A stretch of DNA of 64,000 bases from a virus. Taxonomy: Duplodnaviria > Caudoviricetes. Numbering within the stretch: position 1 is the stretch's first letter; each line of letters opens with the position of its first letter. Under the pieces are notes generated by a model. That model did not search any database. It saw only the letters and a list, made by a program, of their open reading frames with translations, and was not told where the DNA came from. Where the stretch lies: the IMG/VR virus record IMGVR_UViG_3300032304_001448, positions 4,207 through 68,206 of that record, one strand, 5' to 3'. Positions 1-10,700 of the stretch are shown one piece after another. Made by a program: the position numbers and the translations under genes.

Positions 1-441
1 GCGCCCGGTCTCTCCGGTGTGTATCGCGGCTATCGCTTCTTCACGATCGAGTTCCCGCCTCGCTACGACTTCGTCGGCGGTGCATGGGTTCGTCGTCAGC
101 CGTTCTCCTCCACCCCGACTCGTAAGGGTGACAAGTGGGAAGTTTCGGATGCGTATAAGAACGCTCAATTCACGGACACCGCGATTTATCACGCTGACGT
201 GTTGAAAGTTCTTGTGCCCAAGCCGAAAGCTGTCAGCCCGATGAAGTATAACCCCCAGTATAGCTGGACCGGTGAATTCGTCTGGCGGAACATCCCTGAC
301 CGCGACTGCAACGTCGATGGTAATACAGGGTTCTTCCGTGCGCTGTTCGCCTACGGCCCCAAGGTTGAGCGTCCTGACCTCGGCTTCGTGGTTCGCCACC
401 GCCGCTGCCAGCGTGCCCTCGACCTGGTCGCTTGCTACTAA
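1..441 (+). CDS. probable major capsid protein, C-terminal part (5' truncated by window edge)
   Basis: Frame open from base 1; followed by a strong hairpin and then tail genes; portal lies at the other end of the window, consistent with portal-...-capsid-tail order on a permuted genome. Confidence 0.55.
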   Translation, partial: APGLSGVYRGYRFFTIEFPPRYDFVGGAWVRRQPFSSTPTRKGDKWEVSDAYKNAQFTDTAIYHADVLKVLVPKPKAVSPMKYNPQYSWTGEFVWRNIPDRDCNVDGNTGFFRALFAYGPKVERPDLGFVVRHRRCQRALDLVACY

Positions 442-458
442 GAGGTAGCACCTCACAT

Positions 459-486
459 CACTCTGGGAGCTTCGGCTCCCAGGGTG
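459..486 (+). terminator. 12-bp hairpin with C(UUCG)G tetraloop after capsid gene (terminator or mRNA stabiliser)
   Basis: CACTCTGGGAGC-TTCG-GCTCCCAGGGTG; no U-tract follows. Confidence 0.6.
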
Positions 487-508
487 CCAGAGGCGCTGCA
501 TTTTGAGC

Positions 509-817
509 ATGAACATCCCTTCACCGAACCCTCTCGTTTTCCCTGCCACCCCCGAGGTGGTGTTTTCGAGTCTTTGGATCAAGCGTCTGCTCTTGGAGAG
601 TAACGCCGTCGACCAAGGGAAGATGGAGGCCGAGTTCCTCCCCTACAACGCCGACACCAAACAAATCGCGCCGGACAGCTTTGTGCAGAAAATGTCGACC
701 GACGATTTGTGGACGGCGATCAATGAAGTTCCGGAGGTCGCGGCGGCTTATGCTGCTATATTAGACTCTGTCGCGCCAATGATGGCGTGGCTTGCCAGTA
801 GAAACCAAACACTATGA
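509..817 (+). CDS. hypothetical virion-associated protein (paralog of 63834-64000)
   Basis: ORF in structural operon; PNP..P...V...L and E.LP...D pattern shared with last ORF of window. Confidence 0.65.
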   Translation: MNIPSPNPLVFPATPEVVFSSLWIKRLLLESNAVDQGKMEAEFLPYNADTKQIAPDSFVQKMSTDDLWTAINEVPEVAAAYAAILDSVAPMMAWLASRNQTL

Positions 818-1041
818 AATTCCCTATTCCCGAAGGTATGGTTCCGCCCGATGGCGTGACCGAAGGCTCCACTTTTGACGCGCTGGCTACCCTGCGCCTT
901 GAAGCTGACGGACTCACCTTGGTCGCTGTTGACGGTCTTCCCGTCGCCGAGACCGAAGCTGACGACGCCGAGGACATGGCCGAAGCCGCTGGTGAAGAGA
1001 TGGGCTTCGACGAAGCCATCCGCTCCGGAATGATGGAGTAA
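814..1041 (+). CDS. small acidic hypothetical protein
   Basis: ATGA overlap with upstream stop; natural composition. Confidence 0.7.
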   Translation: MKFPIPEGMVPPDGVTEGSTFDALATLRLEADGLTLVAVDGLPVAETEADDAEDMAEAAGEEMGFDEAIRSGMME

Positions 1042-1045
1042 TCGC

Positions 1046-3892
1046 ATGATCGCCGACACGGAGCGTCTCATCGACGGCTTCCGCGGCCTTCCTGCGGGGA
1101 TGGACGGCTCCAAGGAGCCGCCCCAGACACCAAGCGAAGCCGCTTGGTATGCCACTAACGTCACCTTCCGCGGCGGCAACGGACCGAAGACCCGTCCTGG
1201 GTTTCGTGAGATCCCGCCGACTTACTGGCGCAACCCGCAGCCGCCGAGGACGAGTTCCTCGATTTCCGGTAGCGGCTCACTCGCTACGGTCACGACCACG
1301 GCGAACCACGGCTACGATGACAGCGATGTGGTGACGATCTCGGGAGCTTCGCCTTCCGGATTCAACGGCACTTACCGGATCACCAAAACCGGAGCGACGA
1401 CTTTTACTTACGCCAATGCGACGAGCGGAACGGCAAGCACGCAGGGCTCGATCGTCCGCGACATTGACTCGACTTACGGCGAGGATTTCTACAACTCAGC
1501 GACCAGCCGGACGCGCTACGCCAACGACATCCAGTCCGGCACCTTCCTGCAAGGGACGCTGGTCTACCAAGATCCCCGCGAGGGAAACCCGACCGAGTTG
1601 ATCGTTGTTGTCGATGGCAAGATCATGGCGCTCGATTTCGAAGCACGTTCCGTGATGCGTGTAAATCTGAGCGATGAAATGGATACCACGCTTCCCGTCT
1701 TCATGGTTCAGGCGGAGAAGTATGTCATCATCCAGAACGGGCTCGATGAGCCTCGGGTTTATGATGGATATGTCTGCCGCCGAGCCAGCTACTACGGGAT
1801 CCAAGCGGTGCCGATCGGCAAGCAGATGGCTTATGGTCAGGGGCGGCTTTTTGTCGCGGTCAATGAAGGATCGGAGATTGTCGCGGGTGACTTGGTCTTC
1901 GGGGGATCGACGACCAATGTTGGAATTACCAGTTCGAGCGCGGCCAACCCCACGGTCATTACCACGGCGAGAGACCACGGATTCTCGGTCGGCGATCAAG
2001 TGACTCTCAGCGGGCACAGCAGCACGCCCCCGATCAATTCGACTTACACGATCGGAACAACGCCTGCCGCCAATACATTTACCATCCCGGTCGCCGTGAC
2101 GAGCGGCGGCAGCGGCGGGTTTGTCAGCCGCTTCAATGCGGGGGAAGACAGCGACCTTTTGCGCTTCACGGAGAACACCTACCTCAACGAAGGTGGGGCG
2201 TTGGCCCCGAGCGGGAAGGTGGGTCGGGTCAAAGCCTTGGCCTTCCTTCCGGTGCAAGACACGGCTACGGGGCAGGGGGATCTCATCGCGTTCTGTGAAC
2301 GTGGCGCGGTGACCCTCGCGGTGTCTGGTCCGCGGGATAAGTGGAAAGACACCGAAGGCTTTCAGCGCGTGCTGTTCGACAACATCGGCACGACGAGCGA
2401 GAGCATCCTGTCGGTCAACGGCGATTTGTTCTTCCGCTCCCTGGAAGGCAACGGCATCCGCAATTACCGCAATGCCCGCGCCGAGGCGGCGGGCTACGGG
2501 CAGACCCCGATCTCTGCCGAGATTGATCCCATTCTGAAACAGGATACTTCGTGGATGCTCGATAATGTGAGCTTCGCCCAATTCGACGGACGGCTTTTGA
2601 TGACTTGCTTACCGCAGCGTTTGCCGCGTCGGGCAGCGAACCAGACCGAGGCTGACACCTACGCAGCAGAGCCCATCCCGACAATTTTCAACGGCGTTGC
2701 CGTGTTGGATTTCCAATCAACCTCGGCAGGGCGCGGAAAATCCGCGGCGGTTTTCGATGGTGTCTGGACGGGGATTCGTATTGTGAAACTTATCCAAGGC
2801 ACCTTCGATGGTGATCCGCAGTGCTATGCTTGGTGCTTCCATGAAGACGATACGGGTCGGCGCATCGAGCTTTGGCAGGTGACTAAGGACGATGAATACG
2901 ACACGCCGGTCGAAGGACCGCGGGTCATCCACTCGGGCATCGTGACGGGGGCAATGAACTTCGAGGACAACATGGGCCTGAAAAAGCTGATCCGCTGCGA
3001 CTTGTGGTTCGATGATATCGGCGGTGGGCCGGACAACGAGTTCAACTGTTCGCTGGCTTATCGGCCCGACGACTACCCGAACTTTACGACGTGGCAGAGT
3101 TTCGAGCGCAATTTCAAGACGGAGTTCCTCTTGGAGAGTAAGAACCTTCTCTCTTGGTCTGAGAAGATCAACGATGCGACGTGGACTAAAACCAACAGCA
3201 CAGTCACGTCTGATACGGCCAATGACCCTCTCGGGTTGCTTACTCTAACGGCGGACAGCCTTTTAGAGACCACAGCTACAGGAGAGCACAACATTCTCCG
3301 CGTGACCCCGACGCTTGGATCTCTGACCACTTATACTTTTTCCGTCTACGTAAAACCATCCGGCAGGACTCGTCTTCTGTTGAGGTTATCCAACACAGGA
3401 GGCGCTTATTCCGCAGCCCGCAGTGCCTATTTCACACTGACGGGGACAGGAGCTTTCGACAACGTGACCAGCGGATCTACCGCGCAGATTACGGCTTTGG
3501 AAGACGGCTGGTATCGTTGCTCGCTTACCTCGACCACGACAGGATCGGGAACGACCCAAGCAATTATCGGACTTGTTTCTACTGGAACGACGATCAGCTA
3601 TGCGGGCAACGTATCGGCAGGGGCTATCCTTTGGGGTGCCCAGTTGGAGGCCAATACCTCGGCCACATCTTACGATCCTGACCCGCCGCAGCTTCTCAAC
3701 TACGAGCGAGGCTACGCTCCCCAGGTTCGCTTTCCGGCCCCACCCAGAACGGCGAATCTGGCCACGGACGTTCCGGCTTACTTGGGTTATGATTTCACCT
3801 TGCGGGTCAACTGGTCGGGCCGTGCCCGGCTCGGCCGGCTCATGCTGCACGGAAACCGGCTCACCGAAGCCGTCAACGGAGGAACCCTCTAA
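1046..3892 (+). CDS. tail nozzle / tubular protein B-like with two FCCH-like beta inserts and a C-terminal head-spike-like domain
   Basis: 948 aa in tail position; two TT..NHG/DHG..GD.VT.SG motifs; NLL.WSE...W...GWYRCS...WGAQLE domain. Confidence 0.6.
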   Translation: MIADTERLIDGFRGLPAGMDGSKEPPQTPSEAAWYATNVTFRGGNGPKTRPGFREIPPTYWRNPQPPRTSSSISGSGSLATVTTTANHGYDDSDVVTISGASPSGFNGTYRITKTGATTFTYANATSGTASTQGSIVRDIDSTYGEDFYNSATSRTRYANDIQSGTFLQGTLVYQDPREGNPTELIVVVDGKIMALDFEARSVMRVNLSDEMDTTLPVFMVQAEKYVIIQNGLDEPRVYDGYVCRRASYYGIQAVPIGKQMAYGQGRLFVAVNEGSEIVAGDLVFGGSTTNVGITSSSAANPTVITTARDHGFSVGDQVTLSGHSSTPPINSTYTIGTTPAANTFTIPVAVTSGGSGGFVSRFNAGEDSDLLRFTENTYLNEGGALAPSGKVGRVKALAFLPVQDTATGQGDLIAFCERGAVTLAVSGPRDKWKDTEGFQRVLFDNIGTTSESILSVNGDLFFRSLEGNGIRNYRNARAEAAGYGQTPISAEIDPILKQDTSWMLDNVSFAQFDGRLLMTCLPQRLPRRAANQTEADTYAAEPIPTIFNGVAVLDFQSTSAGRGKSAAVFDGVWTGIRIVKLIQGTFDGDPQCYAWCFHEDDTGRRIELWQVTKDDEYDTPVEGPRVIHSGIVTGAMNFEDNMGLKKLIRCDLWFDDIGGGPDNEFNCSLAYRPDDYPNFTTWQSFERNFKTEFLLESKNLLSWSEKINDATWTKTNSTVTSDTANDPLGLLTLTADSLLETTATGEHNILRVTPTLGSLTTYTFSVYVKPSGRTRLLLRLSNTGGAYSAARSAYFTLTGTGAFDNVTSGSTAQITALEDGWYRCSLTSTTTGSGTTQAIIGLVSTGTTISYAGNVSAGAILWGAQLEANTSATSYDPDPPQLLNYERGYAPQVRFPAPPRTANLATDVPAYLGYDFTLRVNWSGRARLGRLMLHGNRLTEAVNGGTL

Positions 3893-4050
3893 TGGCCGAA
3901 GTCAAAGAACTCTTCAGTTTGGATGATTCACTGACCACGGTTCAGGATTCATGGAGCAGTTTGCCCGCTGGGCTCACACTGCTCATTGAAGATTCTCCAA
4001 CTGCGTATACCTTACTGATCGACGACACCTTTTCTCTTTTGATCGAATAA
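3892..4050 (+). CDS. small hypothetical protein (52 aa, MAEVKELFSLDD...LLIE)
   Basis: TAATG overlap with upstream stop; fills gap before fibre gene; below ORF-track cutoff. Confidence 0.6.
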   Translation: MAEVKELFSLDDSLTTVQDSWSSLPAGLTLLIEDSPTAYTLLIDDTFSLLIE

Positions 4051-4063
4051 TAACTCCGCAACC

Positions 4064-5752
4064 ATGCCATACACCGCGAATAAAAAGATCGCAGGGCTAG
4101 ACCCAGCAACGACGCCCTTGGCTGCGGCCAACGAGGTTCCGCTGAACCAAGCTGGGACGACAGTGCGGGCTTCCCTGACCGCGATCGAGGCCAAGGTGTT
4201 CGATGCCAAGACGGCCCTGACTCCGGTAGCGGGGGAGACGGCAGTGGCCATTGTCCGCCAGACGGACGGGTCACTCCGCCAAGTGGCGCTGAACGACATC
4301 GTCCCGCCGCTGAACATTACCGACGCCAAAGTTGCGGCCGGAGCAGCCATTGTCGACACCAAGCTGGCGACCATTGCCACGGCCGGAAAGGTTTCCAACT
4401 CGGCGACTACGGCAACCAGTGCGAATACGGCCAATGCCATTGTGGCCCGAGATGCCAGCGGTAACTTCGCGGCTGGCACGATCACGGCAACTCTTTCTGG
4501 GGGCGTCGTCGGTAACGTCACCGGCAACGTGTCGGGAACTTCGGGATCCACCACCGGAAACGCAGCCACCGCGACCACCCTTCAAACGGCACGGACGATT
4601 GCGATCAGCGGCGATGTCACCGGAACGGCGACTTCCTTCAATGGTTCGGCCAACATCGCCATTGCTGCGGCGATTACGCCTGACACCATCGTCAATGCCG
4701 ATGTGAACAGCGCGGCGGCGATTGCGGGAACGAAGATCACTCCGGCCTTCGGGTCGCAAAATATCAGCACGACGGGGACGTTGGCGGCTGGAGCGACGAC
4801 CATTACTGGAACGTGTGCGGCCACCGCTTTCAGCGGACCGTTGACGGGCAATGCCTCAACAGCCACGACACTGGCTACCGCGAGAAATCTTTCGCTGACT
4901 GGCGATGTCACCGCAACACTCTCAAGTTTCAACGGGTCGGACAACGTCTCGGCGGCGGCAACCTTGGCTAATAGCGGTGTCGCTGCCGGAACCTACAACG
5001 ACAACGCGGCCCAAGTGCGTCCGTTCACCGTTGACGCCAAGGGTCGAGTTACGGCGGTCGGAGCCGCCGTTCCCATTGCCGTCGACTATTCCGCCGTCAC
5101 TGGGATGCCTTACAAAGGCGCAGCGCGGCTGGCGACCACGGCCAACCTGACCGCGACATACGCCAACGGCACAGCGGGTGTCGGAGCGACTTTGACCAAC
5201 AACGGAACCCTTGGCGCTCTGTCTATCGACGGCGTGGCCGTTGCGACGAATAACCGCATTCTGGTCAAAGATCAGACCAGTGCCGCGCACAACGGCATTT
5301 ACACCGTGACCAACACGGGCAGTGCCGTGGCTGCATGGGTGCTGACCCGGGTCACCGATGCCGATACCAATGCCGAACTCGGCTCGGCGGTGGTCACCGT
5401 GACCTCCGGAACGGCCAATGGCGGTCGCGTCTACATGACTTTCTTCAAGGCGACGGACACAGTCGGAACCACCGTGATGCCCTGGTATCTCGTCCTGACT
5501 GGAGGCCCGAGCGTCATCACCACCTTGATGTTGGATGATGGTGTGGTGACCGAGGACAAGATCGACCCCAACGCCAAAATCCGTGGCGCTACCGGAGGCG
5601 GCACAGATCGTGTATTTTATGAGAACGATAAAACGGTGAACACGAACTACACCATTTCAACCAGCAAGAATGCCATGTCCGCAGGCCCGATTACGGTCGC
5701 CAGCGGAGTGACAGTCACCGTTCCCAACGGATCAACTTGGACAATCGTCTAA
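4064..5752 (+). CDS. tail fibre protein
   Basis: Ala/Thr/Gly-rich; ATTLQTARTI, TVDAKGRVT, RILVKDQT..NGIY, C-terminal NAMSAGPITVASGVTVTVP.GSTWTIV fibre motifs. Confidence 0.8.
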   Translation: MPYTANKKIAGLDPATTPLAAANEVPLNQAGTTVRASLTAIEAKVFDAKTALTPVAGETAVAIVRQTDGSLRQVALNDIVPPLNITDAKVAAGAAIVDTKLATIATAGKVSNSATTATSANTANAIVARDASGNFAAGTITATLSGGVVGNVTGNVSGTSGSTTGNAATATTLQTARTIAISGDVTGTATSFNGSANIAIAAAITPDTIVNADVNSAAAIAGTKITPAFGSQNISTTGTLAAGATTITGTCAATAFSGPLTGNASTATTLATARNLSLTGDVTATLSSFNGSDNVSAAATLANSGVAAGTYNDNAAQVRPFTVDAKGRVTAVGAAVPIAVDYSAVTGMPYKGAARLATTANLTATYANGTAGVGATLTNNGTLGALSIDGVAVATNNRILVKDQTSAAHNGIYTVTNTGSAVAAWVLTRVTDADTNAELGSAVVTVTSGTANGGRVYMTFFKATDTVGTTVMPWYLVLTGGPSVITTLMLDDGVVTEDKIDPNAKIRGATGGGTDRVFYENDKTVNTNYTISTSKNAMSAGPITVASGVTVTVPNGSTWTIV

Positions 5753-5756
5753 CACC

Positions 5757-6320
5757 ATGCCAGCAACCATCAACGGAACTTCGGGATTCGGCGGCAACCT
5801 CACGGGCAACGTGACGGGGAATGCGGATACTGCAACATTTGCAACGTCTTCTCTTACGCTCGACACGCCTCAAGCAACAACGAGCGGAACCAATGTTGAC
5901 TTCACTGGCCTTCCGTCTTGGACGCGGAGGATTACGGTCATCCTCAATGGAGTTTCTCTTAACGGATCGGCACATTTGCTAATCCAAATTGGCGCAGGAA
6001 GTATTACAAACAGCGGCTACATTTCTGGATCAAATTATTTAACTGGAGGCAGTGCCTCTGGATTTGCAAACAGCGGAGCAGGCATTGTCTTGCTTTTAGG
6101 AGCCACTGCTAATGCTCTTACTGGTTCAGTTGTGTTTACGTTGCAAACAGTAAATACATGGGTTGCAGCAGGAACGTATGTTTTCGACAACCTTACCACA
6201 ACAAATGGATTTACCGCTGGAAAGGTTACCTTGTCCGGCACGTTGGACAGACTGCGTATAACCACCACCGCCAGCGACACCCTCGACGCAGGCAGCGTCA
6301 ATATCTCCTACGAAGGATAA
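5757..6320 (+). CDS. short tail-fibre-associated / receptor-binding protein
   Basis: TSGT.VDFTGLPSW..RITV and GTLDRLRITT...D.GSVNISYE motifs common in phage fibre-associated proteins. Confidence 0.65.
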   Translation: MPATINGTSGFGGNLTGNVTGNADTATFATSSLTLDTPQATTSGTNVDFTGLPSWTRRITVILNGVSLNGSAHLLIQIGAGSITNSGYISGSNYLTGGSASGFANSGAGIVLLLGATANALTGSVVFTLQTVNTWVAAGTYVFDNLTTTNGFTAGKVTLSGTLDRLRITTTASDTLDAGSVNISYEG

Positions 6321-6325
6321 CCACC

Positions 6326-6883
6326 ATGCCCATTTCAATCGAAGCAGATCCAACACTCGCCCAAGGCTACATCAAGGTCAACGGGACGACCGCGGCTACG
6401 GTGACGACCGGAGGTATTAGCGGGATTGCTAACGGGGCGGTGACTCAAGCCAAGCTGGCAAGCAATGTGGCAACAACTGGCCCAGCGTTTCGGGCGTATG
6501 CCACAGCCTCCACAACGGCGCTTGTTACTAGCGTTGCTAAAAAAATTGAACTGGCAGGAGAAACATTCGACACTGCAAACTGTTTTGCATCGTCGCGTTT
6601 TACGCCAAACGTGGCTGGGTATTATTTCATTAGCGCAGGAGTTCGCTTTGAAGCTCTGACAAATGCTTCGGCGATTCTTGGAAAAAACGGGGCCATTCAT
6701 TCTGTTGGTTCTACGCCGAACGCCGGAAACTATCATTCGGTTGTCTCTGATCTTATTTATCTCAACGGGACAACCGACTATATTGAGTTGTTTGGTGTCC
6801 AATATTCTGGAACAACCCAAAATACAGGAACAGCAGATTCGCTCGGAACCTTTATGTCCGGCTTCCTCGCCCGCGCAGCATAG
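6326..6883 (+). CDS. C1q/TNF-like fibre tip protein
   Basis: PAFRAY...FDTANCF..SRFTP.VAGYY...YLNGTTDYIELF; start reassigned to ATG 6326 after CCACC leader. Confidence 0.7.
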   Translation: MPISIEADPTLAQGYIKVNGTTAATVTTGGISGIANGAVTQAKLASNVATTGPAFRAYATASTTALVTSVAKKIELAGETFDTANCFASSRFTPNVAGYYFISAGVRFEALTNASAILGKNGAIHSVGSTPNAGNYHSVVSDLIYLNGTTDYIELFGVQYSGTTQNTGTADSLGTFMSGFLARAA

Positions 6884-6894
6884 AAACTTAACCC

Positions 6895-7341
6895 ATGCCA
6901 ACCTCCATCACATCCTCCGGCATCACGTTCAACGACGCCACGACGCAGACGACTTCGGCGACCAAGGCACTCGGCATTGGAACCGCGCAGCTTGCTAATG
7001 GTGCTGTTACGGCGGCAAAGTTGGCGGCGAAGGTTACTTTTCCAAACTATGCGGCCGGAGTTGGAAAGGCTTATAACACCGTTCATCAAGCAGCCGAAGA
7101 CGGTTTCTTGTGTGTTACTCTTAGTGGGGCATTTAGAAATGGTATAAGGGTATTGGTCGGCACAACCAATACTCCCGCTATAGAAATATGGCTGAATGGT
7201 GACGATATAAACAACAACACCAAAGTCGCGGGGTCGGGAATGCTGCCAATACCGAAAGACATTTACTATAAGGTAGAGCCGCATCCGAGCTTTGATGGAT
7301 TTGAGACCGTAGTAATCAACTGGTATCCGGTCGTCACATAA
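6895..7341 (+). CDS. short fibre-associated protein
   Basis: SGITFND.TTQT and ANGAVTAAKLA fibre motifs. Confidence 0.6.
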   Translation: MPTSITSSGITFNDATTQTTSATKALGIGTAQLANGAVTAAKLAAKVTFPNYAAGVGKAYNTVHQAAEDGFLCVTLSGAFRNGIRVLVGTTNTPAIEIWLNGDDINNNTKVAGSGMLPIPKDIYYKVEPHPSFDGFETVVINWYPVVT

Positions 7342-7346
7342 CAATT

Positions 7347-7769
7347 ATGGCACTAATCCCAGGAACACTCCCCAACGGAACCAAGTATCCCAACGACCCG
7401 CAGTCGTTGCTTGATACGTTTGCGTCCTACCTCACGGCACCTGAAGCGAAGAAGAATCGTGCCATCGTCACGTTGCCATCCCCTCCGGCAGCGGGTGGCA
7501 CGCTAAGTGCAGGGTCGAGCGGGATTGATGAGACAGTGGTGCTCAACAACACGACGACCTACGCGACTTTCACATTCACCTTCCCGAGCACGAACAATAG
7601 TGTGGTCGGACAAATCCTCCGGTTTTTTACGCGCAGCATTGTCACGACCCTGACCGTCACGCTGAACGGCAATACCGTGCTGGGTGCGGCTTTGCCGGCT
7701 GGAACGACGGCCGGTCAATCCTTCGCGTGGCAGAAAATCGACGGGACGAATTGGATCCGACTGCAATAA
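7347..7769 (+). CDS. hypothetical virion protein
   Basis: Contiguous ORF in structural operon, beta-rich composition. Confidence 0.6.
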   Translation: MALIPGTLPNGTKYPNDPQSLLDTFASYLTAPEAKKNRAIVTLPSPPAAGGTLSAGSSGIDETVVLNNTTTYATFTFTFPSTNNSVVGQILRFFTRSIVTTLTVTLNGNTVLGAALPAGTTAGQSFAWQKIDGTNWIRLQ

Positions 7770-10700
7770 ATGGCGACTTACCTCGAAGCGCGTAATCTGC
7801 TCGCACCCTACGTCGATAATGGCGTGGCGGTGACCGATACGACGCGCATCGACCAGCGGATCAACGAGGCCCAGCGCCGTTTGATCGACCACTACAATTT
7901 CCTCTCCCGTCGCGAGGAGTTGGAAAAGTCGCCGCTCGTCTGGCAATCAGGTGGCACGACCGGCGTGCCGACCACGGGCGACCTCATCCTCGACAACCTC
8001 GATGCGACCAAGACGATGATCTTGTCGCTCTGGCGCGAGGAGAACAACCAGTTGGAACTGGCCACCGCGCTGGAGACCAAAGCCAATTCCTATATCGAGC
8101 GCAACTTGATGAATGAAGTCGAGCGGGCGCGTCGGACGACCTTTCAATCGCTGGCCACCTCGAACGGGCAGAACACCTTCGGCGGTATGACCGGACGGAT
8201 CGGGCTGGAGACGCTCGTCCAATATCGGCTCCCAGAAAGTCGGCTCAAGAGTTACATCAACCAGGCTTACCAGCAGGCGGTCGATCACTACAATTTTGTC
8301 AGCCGCCGCGAAGACAAGGCCAAGACCAGCCTGACCTTTGCCGCGCTGACTTCGGATGCCGCGCAATTCGACTCCCTGCTTCCAGTCGAAGTGGTCCGGC
8401 TTCTTGCGCTTTCCATTATTGCCGCAGACAACGGGGCGGATGGTGCGGGGCTCAAGACACAAGCCTTGGAATTGATCGAACGCAATGTGACGGCCGACGT
8501 GGAGCGGACTCGGCGAGGACAGTCCGGTGAGGAAGGTCGTCTGCACAACGAGCTTCCGGACGGGGTAAAAATCCCGACAGCGCGGATGACGCAGTATCTT
8601 TCTCAAGCGGCTTCCGATGCTTCGCTGCACTACGACTTCTTGGCCCGGCGCGAGGACTACTCAACAGGGATCAAACCAAATCCATTCACCTTCGAAGTTC
8701 GCAAGAAGTTGGTCGAATCCTACACTGCCACGGCCAATGCCGCCGCCGAGGTCGCGGCTTCGCTCAAGCAGGAAGCCTTTGCCCTGATCGAGCGTGACTT
8801 GATGGATGATGTCGAAACGGTGCGTCGTGCCGCAGGCGGCACGGAAGGCCAGCTTCACAATGAATTGCCGGAAGGGGTGAAGATCCCGACGGCGCGTCTG
8901 ACCACGTATCTCGCCCAGGCCCAGACCGAAGCCTCGGCCCATTATTCTTTCCTTTCCCGCCGTGAGGACTATGCGGGCGGCACGACACCGAGTCCTTTCC
9001 CCTATGAAGTCCGCAAGAAGTTGGTTGAGTCTTACTTGGCCACGACTAGCGGGGCGGTCGACGCGGCATCGGCTTTGAAACAAGAAGCCCTGGCCTTGGT
9101 CGAGCGCAACCTGATGCAGGAAATCGAAGCGGCCCGTCGGGTGGCCGGCGGCGAGGCGGGACGGCTGCACAACGAATTGCCGGAGGGTGTGAAGATTCCG
9201 ACCTCGCGGATGAACGAGTATCTGACCCAGTCGGCCGCGGACGCCGGAGCGCATTGGGATTTCTTGGCCCGACGTGAGGACTATTCCAGCGGCACCAAGC
9301 CGAATCCTTTCCCTTTTGAGATCCGTGAAAAATTAGTCGAGTCATATATCGCGACGGCGGCGGCGGCTCCGGATGTGGCGGCATCCCTCAAGCAGGAGGC
9401 GTTTGCCATTATCGAACGAAACCTCATGGCCCAAGTCGAAGCGGCCCGCCGTGCGGCAGCAGGGGAAGAGGGTAAGCTGCACAATGAATTGCCGGAAGGT
9501 GTGAAAATCTCCACGGCACGGATGACAACTTACTTGGCCCAAGCGGCGACTGAAGCCGGAGCGCACTGGGATTTCTTGGCCCGCCGGGAAGATTACTCCA
9601 GTGGGACCAAGCCGAATCCTTTCTCCTATGAAGTCCGCAAGTCCTTGGTCGAAAGTTATGTCGCCGGGGCGACCGGCGCGGTTGATGTGGCCACAGCGAA
9701 AAAGCAGGAATCCTTGGCCGTCATCGAGCGCGATCTCATGGCGCAAGTCGAAGCCGCTCGCCGAGCCGCCGCAGGGGAAGAGGGTCGCCTGCACAACGAA
9801 CTGACCAATGGCGTGGCCATCTCGACCACCCGCCTGACGCAGCACTTGGCCCAAGCCGCGCTCGACGCCTCGGCCCATTACGACTTTCTTGCCCGCCGCG
9901 AAGATTACTTCGGCGGCACCAAGCCGAATCCTTTCCCGTTCGAGGTCCGCAAGAGGCTGGTCGAATCCTATGTCGCGGCGACCAATGCCGCTTCCGACGT
10001 GGCATCGGCACTCAAAGCCGAGGCTCAAGCGGTGATCGAGCGCGACCTCATGTTTGAGATTGAAGCAACCCGTCGCGGCGAAGCAGGGGAAGAAGGCCGT
10101 CTGCACAACGAACTTCCGGAAGGGGTGAAAGTTTCCACCTCCCGCTTGACCACCTATCTCAGCCAAGCCGCCACGGAGGCTGGCACTCACTGGGACTTCT
10201 TGGCCCGCCGTGAGGATTATTCCAGTGGAACCAAACCCAATCCCTTTACCTATGAAGTGCGGAAAAAATACGTGGAGTCCTATGTCGCGTCCTCAACTGG
10301 TGCGATCGAAGCAGCGTCGGCCCTCAAAGCCGAAGCGCAAGCGTTGATCGAACGTGACCTGATGACTCAGGTCGAGGCGGCACGGCGGGCAGCAGCGGGT
10401 GATGAAGGCAAGTTGCACAACGAACTGCCCGACGGCGTCACCATCCCGACGGGTCGTCTGACGACTTACCTCGGCCAAGCCTCGACGGAAGTCGGAGCGC
10501 ACCAAGCCTTTGTCCAGCGCCGTGAGGAATACAACGGCACCGTCCCCGCGCCGACTTACGAGCAGAAGAAATTGCTCGTCGAGGCATACCTTGCCACTTC
10601 GAAGGGGCAGTCGGACGTGGCCGCAGCCTTGAAGCAGCAAGCGGTCGCCTTGGTTGAGCGTGACGTGATGACTGAGATCGAAGGCACGCGCCGGGCGACC

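Noticed and set aside
4064-7341. Diversity-generating retroelement targeting fibres
   Set aside because: No reverse transcriptase and no template/variable repeat pair seen in the window
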